DNA from: Chitinophaga pinensis
GTDB lineage: Bacteria > Bacteroidota > Bacteroidia > Chitinophagales > Chitinophagaceae
Assembly: GCA_943372255.1 (NCBI GenBank)
Contig: CALRXZ020000001.1
Span: 9,191-73,190, forward strand
Length of the DNA stretch: 64,000 bases
Direction: 5' to 3'
Shown here: one piece after another, positions 56,397 to 64,000 of the stretch
How positions within the stretch are numbered: position 1 is the stretch's first letter
Layout: each line of letters begins with the position of its first letter
Notes under the pieces: model-generated
Database searches by the model: none
Seen by the model: the letters and a program-made list of their open reading frames with translations, nothing else
What the model was told of the DNA's origin: nothing
Made by a program: the position numbers and the translations under genes

Positions 56397-56621
56397 ATGG
56401 CAACCAAGATTACGATTAACGATAATGGCTCTATGAAAGTAGAAGGTGATTTTAGCATTGTAGACAGAGAAGGAAATGTCTATGATTTAGCTGGAAGAGA
56501 AGTAGTGGGTTTGTGCCGTTGTGGTCTTAGTAAAAACAAACCCTTCTGCGATGGGTCGCACAAGGGTGAGTTTCAGCATGAGGCAAAGGCATTTGCCCTT
56601 CCTCCTAAAAAGACTTTGTAA
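56397..56621 (+). CDS. CDGSH-type iron-sulfur domain protein
   Basis: The start [11 protein letters not shown] is at 56397. It has the exact CDGSH cluster motif [16 protein letters not shown]. Confidence 0.85.
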   Translation: MATKITINDNGSMKVEGDFSIVDREGNVYDLAGREVVGLCRCGLSKNKPFCDGSHKGEFQHEAKAFALPPKKTL

Positions 56622-57068
56622 TTAGATCAGTTCTACTTTGGTCATTACATCGCCACCTTTAATTTGGTCTAAAACATCCAAACCATCGGTGAGTTTGCCA
56701 AAGCAAGTGTGAACACCATCTAAATGTCTAACACCAGCACGGTTGTGGCAGATGAAAAACTGAGAACCTCCGGTATTTCTGCCACGGTGTGCCATAGACA
56801 GAACGCCGCGGTCATGTATTTGCTTTGCTCCGCTGGTTTCACACTGAATGGAATAACCTGGGCCACCGGCACCAGTACCATCGGGGCAACCACCTTGGAT
56901 CATGAAATTGGGGATCACACGGTGAAACGTAAGACCATTATAATAGCCTTCGTTGATTAATTTTTTAAAGTTGGCAACAGCAATGGGTGCGTCATCATCG
57001 TAGAGTTCAAAACTCATGATGCCCTTTGCAGTATGGATCTGGCCCTTTGTTAAGATTTGTTCGCTCAT
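56622..57068 (-). CDS. Cyclophilin-type peptidyl-prolyl cis-trans isomerase
   Basis: Motifs FHRVIPNFMIQGGCP, SMAHRGRNTGGSQFFI and LDGVHTCFGK. Confidence 0.9.
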   Translation of the reverse strand: MSEQILTKGQIHTAKGIMSFELYDDDAPIAVANFKKLINEGYYNGLTFHRVIPNFMIQGGCPDGTGAGGPGYSIQCETSGAKQIHDRGVLSMAHRGRNTGGSQFFICHNRAGVRHLDGVHTCFGKLTDGLDVLDQIKGGDVMTKVELI

Positions 57069-57127
57069 GGAATTTATTTTTTGCGAAACTAATCTATCAA
57101 AGGCATTTTACCATCATTTGAGCGATT

Positions 57128-57754
57128 ATGGAATCAATTGCAGCAGACTTACAGGAATTTAAATTGGGCAATCAAATATTAAAGATTTGGGTGCCCAATT
57201 TTCAAGCCTTACAAACAAGTCATCAATTAAATGCCTACGGCGATGCCCCTTTTTGGGGAAGGGCATGGCCTTCTGCACTGGCCATGATTCAATTCTTAGA
57301 AGCAAATCCTATCTATATTAAGGACAAAAAAATAGTAGAAATAGCAGCAGGATTGGGGCTTCCCGCTTTTTATGCAAGCCAATTTGCTTTGCAAACCATT
57401 GTGTCTGACTATGCTAAAGACGCAGTGCAATGGTTGGAAAAAAACATAGAACTCAATCAGTTTGAAAACATAAAAGCCAAACAAATTAATTGGCATCAGT
57501 TGCCCTCAGACCTTCACGCAGATACGCTCTTGCTCTGCGATGTGAATTATGACCCCAGTCAATTTGAAGCATTGCTTAAAATGATCCATCATTTTTTAGC
57601 AAAGGGTACCACCATTCTACTATCTACCCCTCAACGTTTGGTGGGAAGATCCTTTATCAGTTCCTTTTTGGAACATGTATCAATAAATGAAGTCTTGGAA
57701 ATTCAGCAAGATGAAAAAATACACTTGATAAATGTGTTGGTCTTGGTACAATAG
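57128..57754 (+). CDS. Class I SAM-dependent methyltransferase (Methyltransf_16/lysine-MTase-like)
   Basis: WPSALAM...KKIVEIAAGLGLPAFYAS (motif I), then VSDY and LLCDVNYD (post-I and motif II). Confidence 0.6.
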   Translation: MESIAADLQEFKLGNQILKIWVPNFQALQTSHQLNAYGDAPFWGRAWPSALAMIQFLEANPIYIKDKKIVEIAAGLGLPAFYASQFALQTIVSDYAKDAVQWLEKNIELNQFENIKAKQINWHQLPSDLHADTLLLCDVNYDPSQFEALLKMIHHFLAKGTTILLSTPQRLVGRSFISSFLEHVSINEVLEIQQDEKIHLINVLVLVQ

Positions 57755-57755
57755 T

Positions 57756-57763
57756 TATATTTG
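57756..57763 (+). promoter_or_regulatory. Candidate Bacteroidota -7 promoter element for the oxygenase/sensor operon
   Basis: Exact TAtaTTTG match to TAnnTTTG, 73 nt upstream of the ATG at 57836. A TTG lies about 17 bp upstream (57736-57738). The ATTTGAAT core recurs at 57796-57803. Confidence 0.3.
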
Positions 57764-57835
57764 AATTCTCCCCCCTATTTATCATTATTTACTTAATTTG
57801 AATCTCATTTTTACTGAGTCCCTTAAATCGTTTTC

Positions 57836-60001
57836 ATGAGAAAAACAGCGCTAACCTATGCTTCAAGAGAAGAGATAGAAGTTGATTTGCAATGTATAGA
57901 AGGCGAAGTGCCAACAGACATGGATGGATTTGTATTCATCAATTCCCCTGTTGGAACGGTAAACAGTAGTACACCCATCCCAAAAAAGAACCCAGATGGA
58001 ACGGATAATCCAGAGTGGGGGCAAATGGTTTTTAATGGAGACGGGATGTTGTTCCGATTTGATTGCAGTGTGCCCGGAAAAGTAAGGGTAAAATCGGCAC
58101 TGCTAAAAACACCTTGTTATTTTGCAGATGAAGCAAGTAAGTGGGGAACAGATTATTATAAAAAAGGTATTTTTTTCAAGAGCAAAGGAATTGCACGCAC
58201 TTCATCTACTTTGGGATCTCGCAACCAAGCAAACACCTCTATAGCTGCCTTTAAATTTCCAGGAGATCAGCATACTAGGATTACTGTCAATTTTGATGCG
58301 GGACGTCCTTTTGAAGTGGATCCAAAATCTATGAAAGTGCTTACTGCCATTGGTTATAATAAAGAATGGAGTGAATCATTGTCCTTTGTAATACAAGAAG
58401 ATGTTTTTGAATTAATACAATCCTCTGCACACCCTTGCTATGATCCGGTGACCCAGGAATTTTTTACGGTTTGTTTTAGAAAGAACATGAATAATTTGGT
58501 CTTCACCAGTATTTTCAGTTTAGACCTTACCAGAATTTGGCATGTTACCAATCGCTTTTTTAAGAAGGTCTATCGTTTTTTACAATCTATTGTGCGATGG
58601 ATTGGTAAATTATTTAGAGGCGTTGCTAGGGCTTTCATGGGTTTTGTTTTCCCAGCCTATGTGCAGCAATTAAAGGCAGATGATACAAGTCCCAATGAAG
58701 AGAAACAGGAAGACATTTTTGGAATGGTCAATTCTGTTAGTATCCTAAAATGGACAGGTAAAGGAAAACTACAAAGCTGGAATATAGTTGGCCCCGAAGG
58801 CAAAAATTTGGTGATTTATCAGACCATGCACCAAACCGCATTGAGCAAGGATTTTATCATTTTGGTAGATAGTTCTCTCAAGTTTGCGCTGGATATTATG
58901 ACCAATATGCCTTTCCCAAAATTTCCCATACTCAATAATATCATACGTTGGTGTGTAGCAAAAGCCATGGAACCTAATACCCCTCTGTATTTGGTTAAAA
59001 GAGCTGATTTAGTGGAGGGTGTAACAGATGTAAAAGCACGAAAAGTAATGGTTGATTTAGAAACCGTGCACTATTCTGTTGAGTATGAGAATCCTAATAA
59101 TGATATTACTATTTATACATCGCATAATGCGGCATCCTGTGCGGCAGAATGGGTAAGACCCTATGATACCTTGGGCATTGATTCAACCAAACCGGTTTTG
59201 GAAAATACCATCGGCCTTATGGCCAGTGGAGAAATGGATATTGGCAGAGCGGGTAAGTATGTCATTAATGGAAACACTGGTGCCCAAAGGGAGTCCGTAA
59301 AAATCTGGCAAAAGGGGTTTGAGGGAGACGATACTACCCAACTCAAAGAAGCACATACTTGGGCAGTAGGGCTCAATACCTTTAGAGACATGGCATCAGC
59401 TGATACACCTACTAATACAATTCCCTATATATTTTGGCAGTCTTACGGATTAGACTATAGACTGCTAACCACTTTTATTCGGAAAATGTATAGCAAATAC
59501 CAACACCGAAAAATTCCGGTTAAGAAAATGTTGGAATATACCAAGAAGGGTGTGCCATTCTGTTTGAGTAGAATGAATACAGCTACTATGGAATTTGAAG
59601 ACTGGTTTCATTTTGAGATGAACCAGAACCTTAGATCCCTGCAGTTTGTACCAAAGAAAAATGCTTCTCCCAACTTGCCTCCAGAACTAAATGGTTATAT
59701 CTTGTGTACCATGGTCAATGGAACGGAAGATCTTGTGGCAGATGAATATACCCGTGAAATTTGGTTCTTTGATGCTGCAAATTTAAAACAGGGTCCTGTT
59801 TGTAAAATGGCGCATGATGCACTCCAATTTGCTTTTACCATACACTCCGTATGGATTCCAGATTGCGAACCATCACCGGCAGATTATCTGGTTGATCCTG
59901 TAGAAGATTATACAGAGGTGTTGAATAGATTCACTAACCTTGAAAAAAAGGAATGGCTGGAAACTTTTATGAAAAAAGAAGTATTTCCACACTATCAATA
60001 A
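57836..60001 (+). CDS. Carotenoid oxygenase (CCD/RPE65/lignostilbene dioxygenase) family protein, enlarged (721 aa)
   Basis: Four candidate iron-ligand His contexts occur in family order: SSAHPCYDP (H199), TMHQTALSKDFIIL (H332), ETVHYSVEYE (H412) and FAFTIHSVWIP (H670). The N-terminus GEVPTDMDGFVFINSP is typical of the family. Confidence 0.7.
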   Translation: MRKTALTYASREEIEVDLQCIEGEVPTDMDGFVFINSPVGTVNSSTPIPKKNPDGTDNPEWGQMVFNGDGMLFRFDCSVPGKVRVKSALLKTPCYFADEASKWGTDYYKKGIFFKSKGIARTSSTLGSRNQANTSIAAFKFPGDQHTRITVNFDAGRPFEVDPKSMKVLTAIGYNKEWSESLSFVIQEDVFELIQSSAHPCYDPVTQEFFTVCFRKNMNNLVFTSIFSLDLTRIWHVTNRFFKKVYRFLQSIVRWIGKLFRGVARAFMGFVFPAYVQQLKADDTSPNEEKQEDIFGMVNSVSILKWTGKGKLQSWNIVGPEGKNLVIYQTMHQTALSKDFIILVDSSLKFALDIMTNMPFPKFPILNNIIRWCVAKAMEPNTPLYLVKRADLVEGVTDVKARKVMVDLETVHYSVEYENPNNDITIYTSHNAASCAAEWVRPYDTLGIDSTKPVLENTIGLMASGEMDIGRAGKYVINGNTGAQRESVKIWQKGFEGDDTTQLKEAHTWAVGLNTFRDMASADTPTNTIPYIFWQSYGLDYRLLTTFIRKMYSKYQHRKIPVKKMLEYTKKGVPFCLSRMNTATMEFEDWFHFEMNQNLRSLQFVPKKNASPNLPPELNGYILCTMVNGTEDLVADEYTREIWFFDAANLKQGPVCKMAHDALQFAFTIHSVWIPDCEPSPADYLVDPVEDYTEVLNRFTNLEKKEWLETFMKKEVFPHYQ

Positions 60002-60004
60002 CGC

Positions 60005-63000
60005 ATGGATCTAGGTAAAATAAAAGAAACAAAAATGCTGGAAACCATCCATGCTCACTTCTTTCAAAAGACGGTGGATGGCAGTGTTGTGTTGTTAAAA
60101 GCCTATAAGTCTCCATGGCCTGGCATGGCAGATAAAGAATTGGACAATGCCAAAATGCTCCCTTTAAATGGGCGTTTTTTTACGCCTATTGGTAAAGACG
60201 GGGAAGCTGGATTATATTATCCTTATTTTCAATTACAATCACTTGATCAGTGGATAGAAAGCCAACAAATTGACCGAGTATATACTAGAAAAGCTTTTGC
60301 CATTGCCAAACAATTAATACAGATTGTTGCTCAATTACATAAGGCAAAGTATTTACACGGGGCTATAAACCCACACCATTTACTAATAGATAAAAATGAT
60401 CAACTTCACTTGAGTGAATGGACATTTTTATCCGATGCTCGAAAGCCTAGGTTATTAGAAAAGGAGCGCTATCTTTCAATTGGATTGATTCACTATATAG
60501 CACCAGAACAAACTGGTAGGTATAATGTAAAGCCTGGCTATTATACAGATATGTATGGCATTGGTACTACACTATACAAACTTTTCACAGGGGTAGTGCC
60601 ATTTGATGGAAACGATACCATGGGTATCATTTACAAGCACCTCACTTTTGAGCCGGTTGCTGCCTTTGAGCGAAACCCTTTTATGGGTAAAGCCATTTCA
60701 GGTCTCATTGCTGGTTTAATAAACAAGGATCCCCAAAAAAGATTAATGGGTTCTGAAGCGGCATTGTTTGCAATAGAACAGGCCAAACAAATTTTTGAAA
60801 AAGGAGACTTAGAAGAAGAGTTGGGTATTGTGAATAGTTCACAACAACAACATTTTATACTTACCCATCATTTCCCATCTGTTTTTGAAAATAAAGCAAC
60901 TTATTTTCAAAGCCATTACCATCAATCAGTAGAAGGGGGTGAATGTTTTTTGTTTTTTGTAGAAGGGGTAAAAGGCTCGGGGAAACAATATGCAGTTAAT
61001 CATTTTTGTGAATTGGTTGCCAATAGAAAAAATTTGGTAGTAGATGCCATTTTTCTCAAAGATGATCCTGTACCGTATGATGCATTCAAAAATATTCTAG
61101 ACCAGATTACCAATTATTATCTTTCACAAAGTCAAGAAGAGTTGAATGCATTTATCAATGCCTGTAAAGAACATTTAGGAACAGCTTCCAATATCTTGAT
61201 TGACATTTGCCCAGACATAAAACAGATTATTCCCTATGTAAAACAATACAAGGAAGAAGGTCCCTTGGAATTACAGAACCAATTGATCTATGCTTTTGCT
61301 ACATTTTTGAAAACATTTCTAGCAATGGATAAGCGTTTGCTCATCTGTTTAAGAGATATTCATCATGCGGCCCCACCTGTTTTAAAAATTATTCAAGGTT
61401 TTCTAAATGAGTTTCCTGCAACTAGAATCAATTTCATCTTTACTTATGAAAACCATAAACTAAGTCAGGAACAAATAACCTATATACACAAGTGGCAGAA
61501 TGTAGAAGAACAGGGTTTTGTAAAAGCAAAAATCAACTTACTGCCCCTAACCGCCATCCAAACTATTCAATTGCTTTCTATGGCAGGCCTATGTGAAAAA
61601 GACCTTGAACCAACCACAGCATTGTTAATGCCCAAAACCAGTGGTTTGGTGAATCTCATAGACAAAGCATGTGAAAAATTGCTTGAAACGGGAGGCCTAG
61701 CTTTTGATTATGAAAAGGGTTGTTGGAAGCTGAATAAAGATCTTGCGCTTAGTACCAATATCAATTTCAATAATCCTGCTTCTTATTATGAGGTCTTAAT
61801 TTCTAGACTTACCAATGAAGAATTAATCTTACTTACTTATGCTGCTGCATTTGGAAACACCTTTTGGTTTGAAGTAGTTAAAACAGCCATTAAAAATGAA
61901 AGACTTGCCATTAATTTACTAGACCAGCTTTTGCACAAAGGCATATTAATGCCAGCAGGTAAACATGGATTCTATACATTCAGTGAAATGGAGTTGGCTT
62001 CCTTTCTTTTGCGTAATAGCCCAGATGCAAGTTTACAAGAGATTTATTTGTCCATTATTGCCGCTTATACTAGCCTTCCAGAATCTTCAGAAATGGAGGA
62101 AGAGTTTTTTGTATTGCTAGACAAATTATTGAATGTTCCAGCAAGGTGTTGCAAACCTTTTGAACAAATGCTTTGGAAGGGAATTGAAAAGGCACAAAAG
62201 ATTGCGCTATTTGAAGTCAATTTTCGCTGTTACCGTCATTTAATAGAGATGCTAACACCATTAGATTGGCAGCAACGTTCAGATGAATTGATTGATTTAT
62301 ACATGGAGTACATTAAAGCGGCATCGCTTGTACTAAAATTTGATATTTGCGAAAGCACGTATCAGTTTTTAAGACAAAAGGAATTGACTTCTTTGCAGTT
62401 GGGGAATCTTGGATATTACTATGCCAATGCACTTTTTGTACAGCAGGATTTTAGAAAATCTATACAAGTAATAGCTGAAATTCTACACGCTTTAGATCTA
62501 ACTATTAGTACCCAGCCCAGTTTGACAAAAATTATTTTTTCCATGATAAGCTTGCAAAAAGACATGCGTGGAAAAGACATGGCATTTATTGAGCAATTAC
62601 CAACCGTGTCTGATAGTGTGGCTTTGGTCAAAATTAAGTTGTTACAGAATGCCATGGGGGCAGCTTATTTGTATGCACCCAAAATGATACCAGAACTCAC
62701 TTCTAAGCAACTCTCATTATCCATTAAAAGTGGTGCTTCAGATTTGTTTGGTCTATGTTTGGCTTGCTATGGTTTTATACTGAGTATGTATAGTAATAAA
62801 CCCAAGGAAGCGCAAAAGACCTATGAGATTGCAGTAACCATGAATGAGCGTTTTTCTGATTCGGTTTCCATTGCCACAACTGAATTCTTATACGCCACAT
62901 TTATTGGCATCAACCATCTTTCATGGAAGCAGTGTAGTGAGCGGTTATATGAGAATTACATTTTTAGTAGACAGATTGGTCAAATCAACATTGCCTTTTT

Positions 63001-64000
63001 TAGCCTGATTACCCATTTTAGTAACCGATTTTATGCTGAATCCAATTTGGAGAAAATGCTAGAATCATTGGCAGAAATATTGCCCATTGTTGCTTCAAAT
63101 AAGCAACAGAATGCATTAGAATATTTTGAAATTTTGCGGGCCTTTACTCAAGATTTGATGGGAGAAGAATTTCCTAGTCAGGCCATGGTACAGCACTTGC
63201 CCAATATTAATAGTATAAAAGAAAAAGCCTTTTTGGATGTAGAATATACTGCCCTGAATCATATTCATATTTTGGAAGAAATGCATGATTTCTTTTCAGG
63301 TAATTATGAAGTAGCCAAAAAAAGGGTACAGTTAATGCTTACCATGAAAGATCAATTAGGCATGGTGAACAGTTTTGTGGTACACCATTTTTTCTTGGCC
63401 TTGAAAATGTTGAAGCTAGATAGGTCTTTGCATTTTTGGGAGTATAGATTTGTTAGTAAGACCATTCAATTAATGCAATCATGGGCAAAACAGCAATCAG
63501 AAAACCATTTAGCAAAATCCTGGTTACTCAAGGGTATGTTGGCAGCAAGAAAAAAGCAAACGGCCCAAACCATATTTTATTTACAGAAATCTTTTGATAC
63601 TGCTATCAAGTATGAGCAATACATGACAGCGGGCATTGCTACAAAAGCATTAGCCGAATGCTATCAAAAGCAAGGAATGGTTGAGTTGGAGAAAACTTAT
63701 ATAAGACATGCCCATACCCAATTCAATTTTTGGGGAGCCAAACTCTTAGTTAGACAATTAGAAAAGGAGTATCCATTTTTGATTACAGGTAAAGAGGGTT
63801 ATACTACTCAACGTTTGCACGTAGCATTGGATAATGATTTTCAGAGTTTTATCAAAGCTTCTAATAGCATTGCTTCAGAAATCAATCTAGAAAAGTTATT
63901 GTCTAAACTCATCAGTGTGCTCATTGAAAATGCCGCTGCAGAAAATGCTTTTTTTATTATCCCTGATGCCAATGGGCAGTTTACCATTTATGCTTCTAAA
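60005..64000 (+). CDS. Large multidomain sensor protein (kinase-like domain, AAA_16-like P-loop region, helical/TPR-like region, GAF start); 3' end beyond the window. Not in the supplied ORF track
   Basis: I translated the first 1.2 kb and last 0.2 kb codon by codon and read the rest by eye. An uninterrupted frame runs from the ATG at 60005 to base 64000 (1332 codons). The APE-like motif HYIAPEQTGR and KDPQKRL mark a protein-kinase fold. GVKGSGKQ sits at the Walker A position. The C-terminal DFQSFIKASNSIASEINLEKLLSKLISVLIENAAAENAFFII is the typical GAF entry of the Ser/Thr-kinase, AAA, GAF, His-kinase family. Confidence 0.85.
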   Translation, partial: MDLGKIKETKMLETIHAHFFQKTVDGSVVLLKAYKSPWPGMADKELDNAKMLPLNGRFFTPIGKDGEAGLYYPYFQLQSLDQWIESQQIDRVYTRKAFAIAKQLIQIVAQLHKAKYLHGAINPHHLLIDKNDQLHLSEWTFLSDARKPRLLEKERYLSIGLIHYIAPEQTGRYNVKPGYYTDMYGIGTTLYKLFTGVVPFDGNDTMGIIYKHLTFEPVAAFERNPFMGKAISGLIAGLINKDPQKRLMGSEAALFAIEQAKQIFEKGDLEEELGIVNSSQQQHFILTHHFPSVFENKATYFQSHYHQSVEGGECFLFFVEGVKGSGKQYAVNHFCELVANRKNLVVDAIFLKDDPVPYDAFKNILDQITNYYLSQSQEELNAFINACKEHLGTASNILIDICPDIKQIIPYVKQYKEEGPLELQNQLIYAFATFLKTFLAMDKRLLICLRDIHHAAPPVLKIIQGFLNEFPATRINFIFTYENHKLSQEQITYIHKWQNVEEQGFVKAKINLLPLTAIQTIQLLSMAGLCEKDLEPTTALLMPKTSGLVNLIDKACEKLLETGGLAFDYEKGCWKLNKDLALSTNINFNNPASYYEVLISRLTNEELILLTYAAAFGNTFWFEVVKTAIKNERLAINLLDQLLHKGILMPAGKHGFYTFSEMELASFLLRNSPDASLQEIYLSIIAAYTSLPESSEMEEEFFVLLDKLLNVPARCCKPFEQMLWKGIEKAQKIALFEVNFRCYRHLIEMLTPLDWQQRSDELIDLYMEYIKAASLVLKFDICESTYQFLRQKELTSLQLGNLGYYYANALFVQQDFRKSIQVIAEILHALDLTISTQPSLTKIIFSMISLQKDMRGKDMAFIEQLPTVSDSVALVKIKLLQNAMGAAYLYAPKMIPELTSKQLSLSIKSGASDLFGLCLACYGFILSMYSNKPKEAQKTYEIAVTMNERFSDSVSIATTEFLYATFIGINHLSWKQCSERLYENYIFSRQIGQINIAFFSLITHFSNRFYAESNLEKMLESLAEILPIVASNKQQNALEYFEILRAFTQDLMGEEFPSQAMVQHLPNINSIKEKAFLDVEYTALNHIHILEEMHDFFSGNYEVAKKRVQLMLTMKDQLGMVNSFVVHHFFLALKMLKLDRSLHFWEYRFVSKTIQLMQSWAKQQSENHLAKSWLLKGMLAARKKQTAQTIFYLQKSFDTAIKYEQYMTAGIATKALAECYQKQGMVELEKTYIRHAHTQFNFWGAKLLVRQLEKEYPFLITGKEGYTTQRLHVALDNDFQSFIKASNSIASEINLEKLLSKLISVLIENAAAENAFFIIPDANGQFTIYASK

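Noticed and set aside
62419-62655. The only track ORF in the last 4 kb (78 aa, minus strand).
   Set aside because: It is antisense to the continuous ORF of more than 1332 codons starting at 60005. It has no motifs and is a shadow ORF.
1-64000. I searched by eye for CRISPR repeats, tRNA/rRNA genes, transposases, integrases, phage genes, toxin-antitoxin pairs and known defence-system signatures (nucleases, helicases, methylases, reverse transcriptases).
   Set aside because: No regularly spaced direct repeats were seen, and no cloverleaf-like or rRNA-like sequence was seen in the intergenic regions. No ORF has DDE, tyrosine-recombinase or restriction-modification motifs. Every long ORF has a more ordinary assignment. 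Absence is judged by eye only; tRNAscan-SE, Infernal and PADLOC/DefenseFinder should confirm it.

Overview
An AT-rich chromosomal segment that looks like Bacteroidota. The lineage markers are T9SS C-terminal sorting domains, a GLPGLI protein, CarboxypepD_reg-type outer-membrane barrels, TAnnTTTG-type -7 boxes and many Tat- or Sec-exported glycan and peptide hydrolases. I support about 47 protein-coding genes, one probable gene relic, three clear rho-independent terminators and a few candidate regulatory repeats. I found no rRNA, tRNA, CRISPR array, transposase, integrase, prophage or recognisable defence genes. Most of the window is ordinary envelope and nutrient-scavenging content: an RND efflux tail, TonB-dependent receptors, a two-component system, GH1/GH3/GH130, S10 and M14 peptidases, Gfo/Idh/MocA oxidoreductases, GlpD, PhnA and a cyclophilin. 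Two loci stand out. (1) 31.2-38.2 kb holds a stand-alone NRPS-like A-T-TE enzyme. Its hand-extracted specificity code, DILQLGVIWK, is one conservative change from the canonical glycine code. It is translationally coupled to a GT14 glycosyltransferase and followed by a tightly coupled operon of a small ORF, an LpxH-family pyrophosphatase, a TIGR00661-type glycosyltransferase and a GH1 enzyme. I propose this is an undescribed envelope glycolipid aminoacylation and glycosylation system. (2) 57.8-64.0 kb holds an enlarged carotenoid-oxygenase-family enzyme followed 3 nt later by a very long ORF (60005 to beyond 64000). That ORF is absent from the supplied track because it runs off the window. It encodes a kinase-like, P-loop-like, helical and GAF sensor protein in which both the kinase catalytic motifs and the Walker A motif appear degenerate. 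All functional calls come from motif reading by eye, and no database search was possible.
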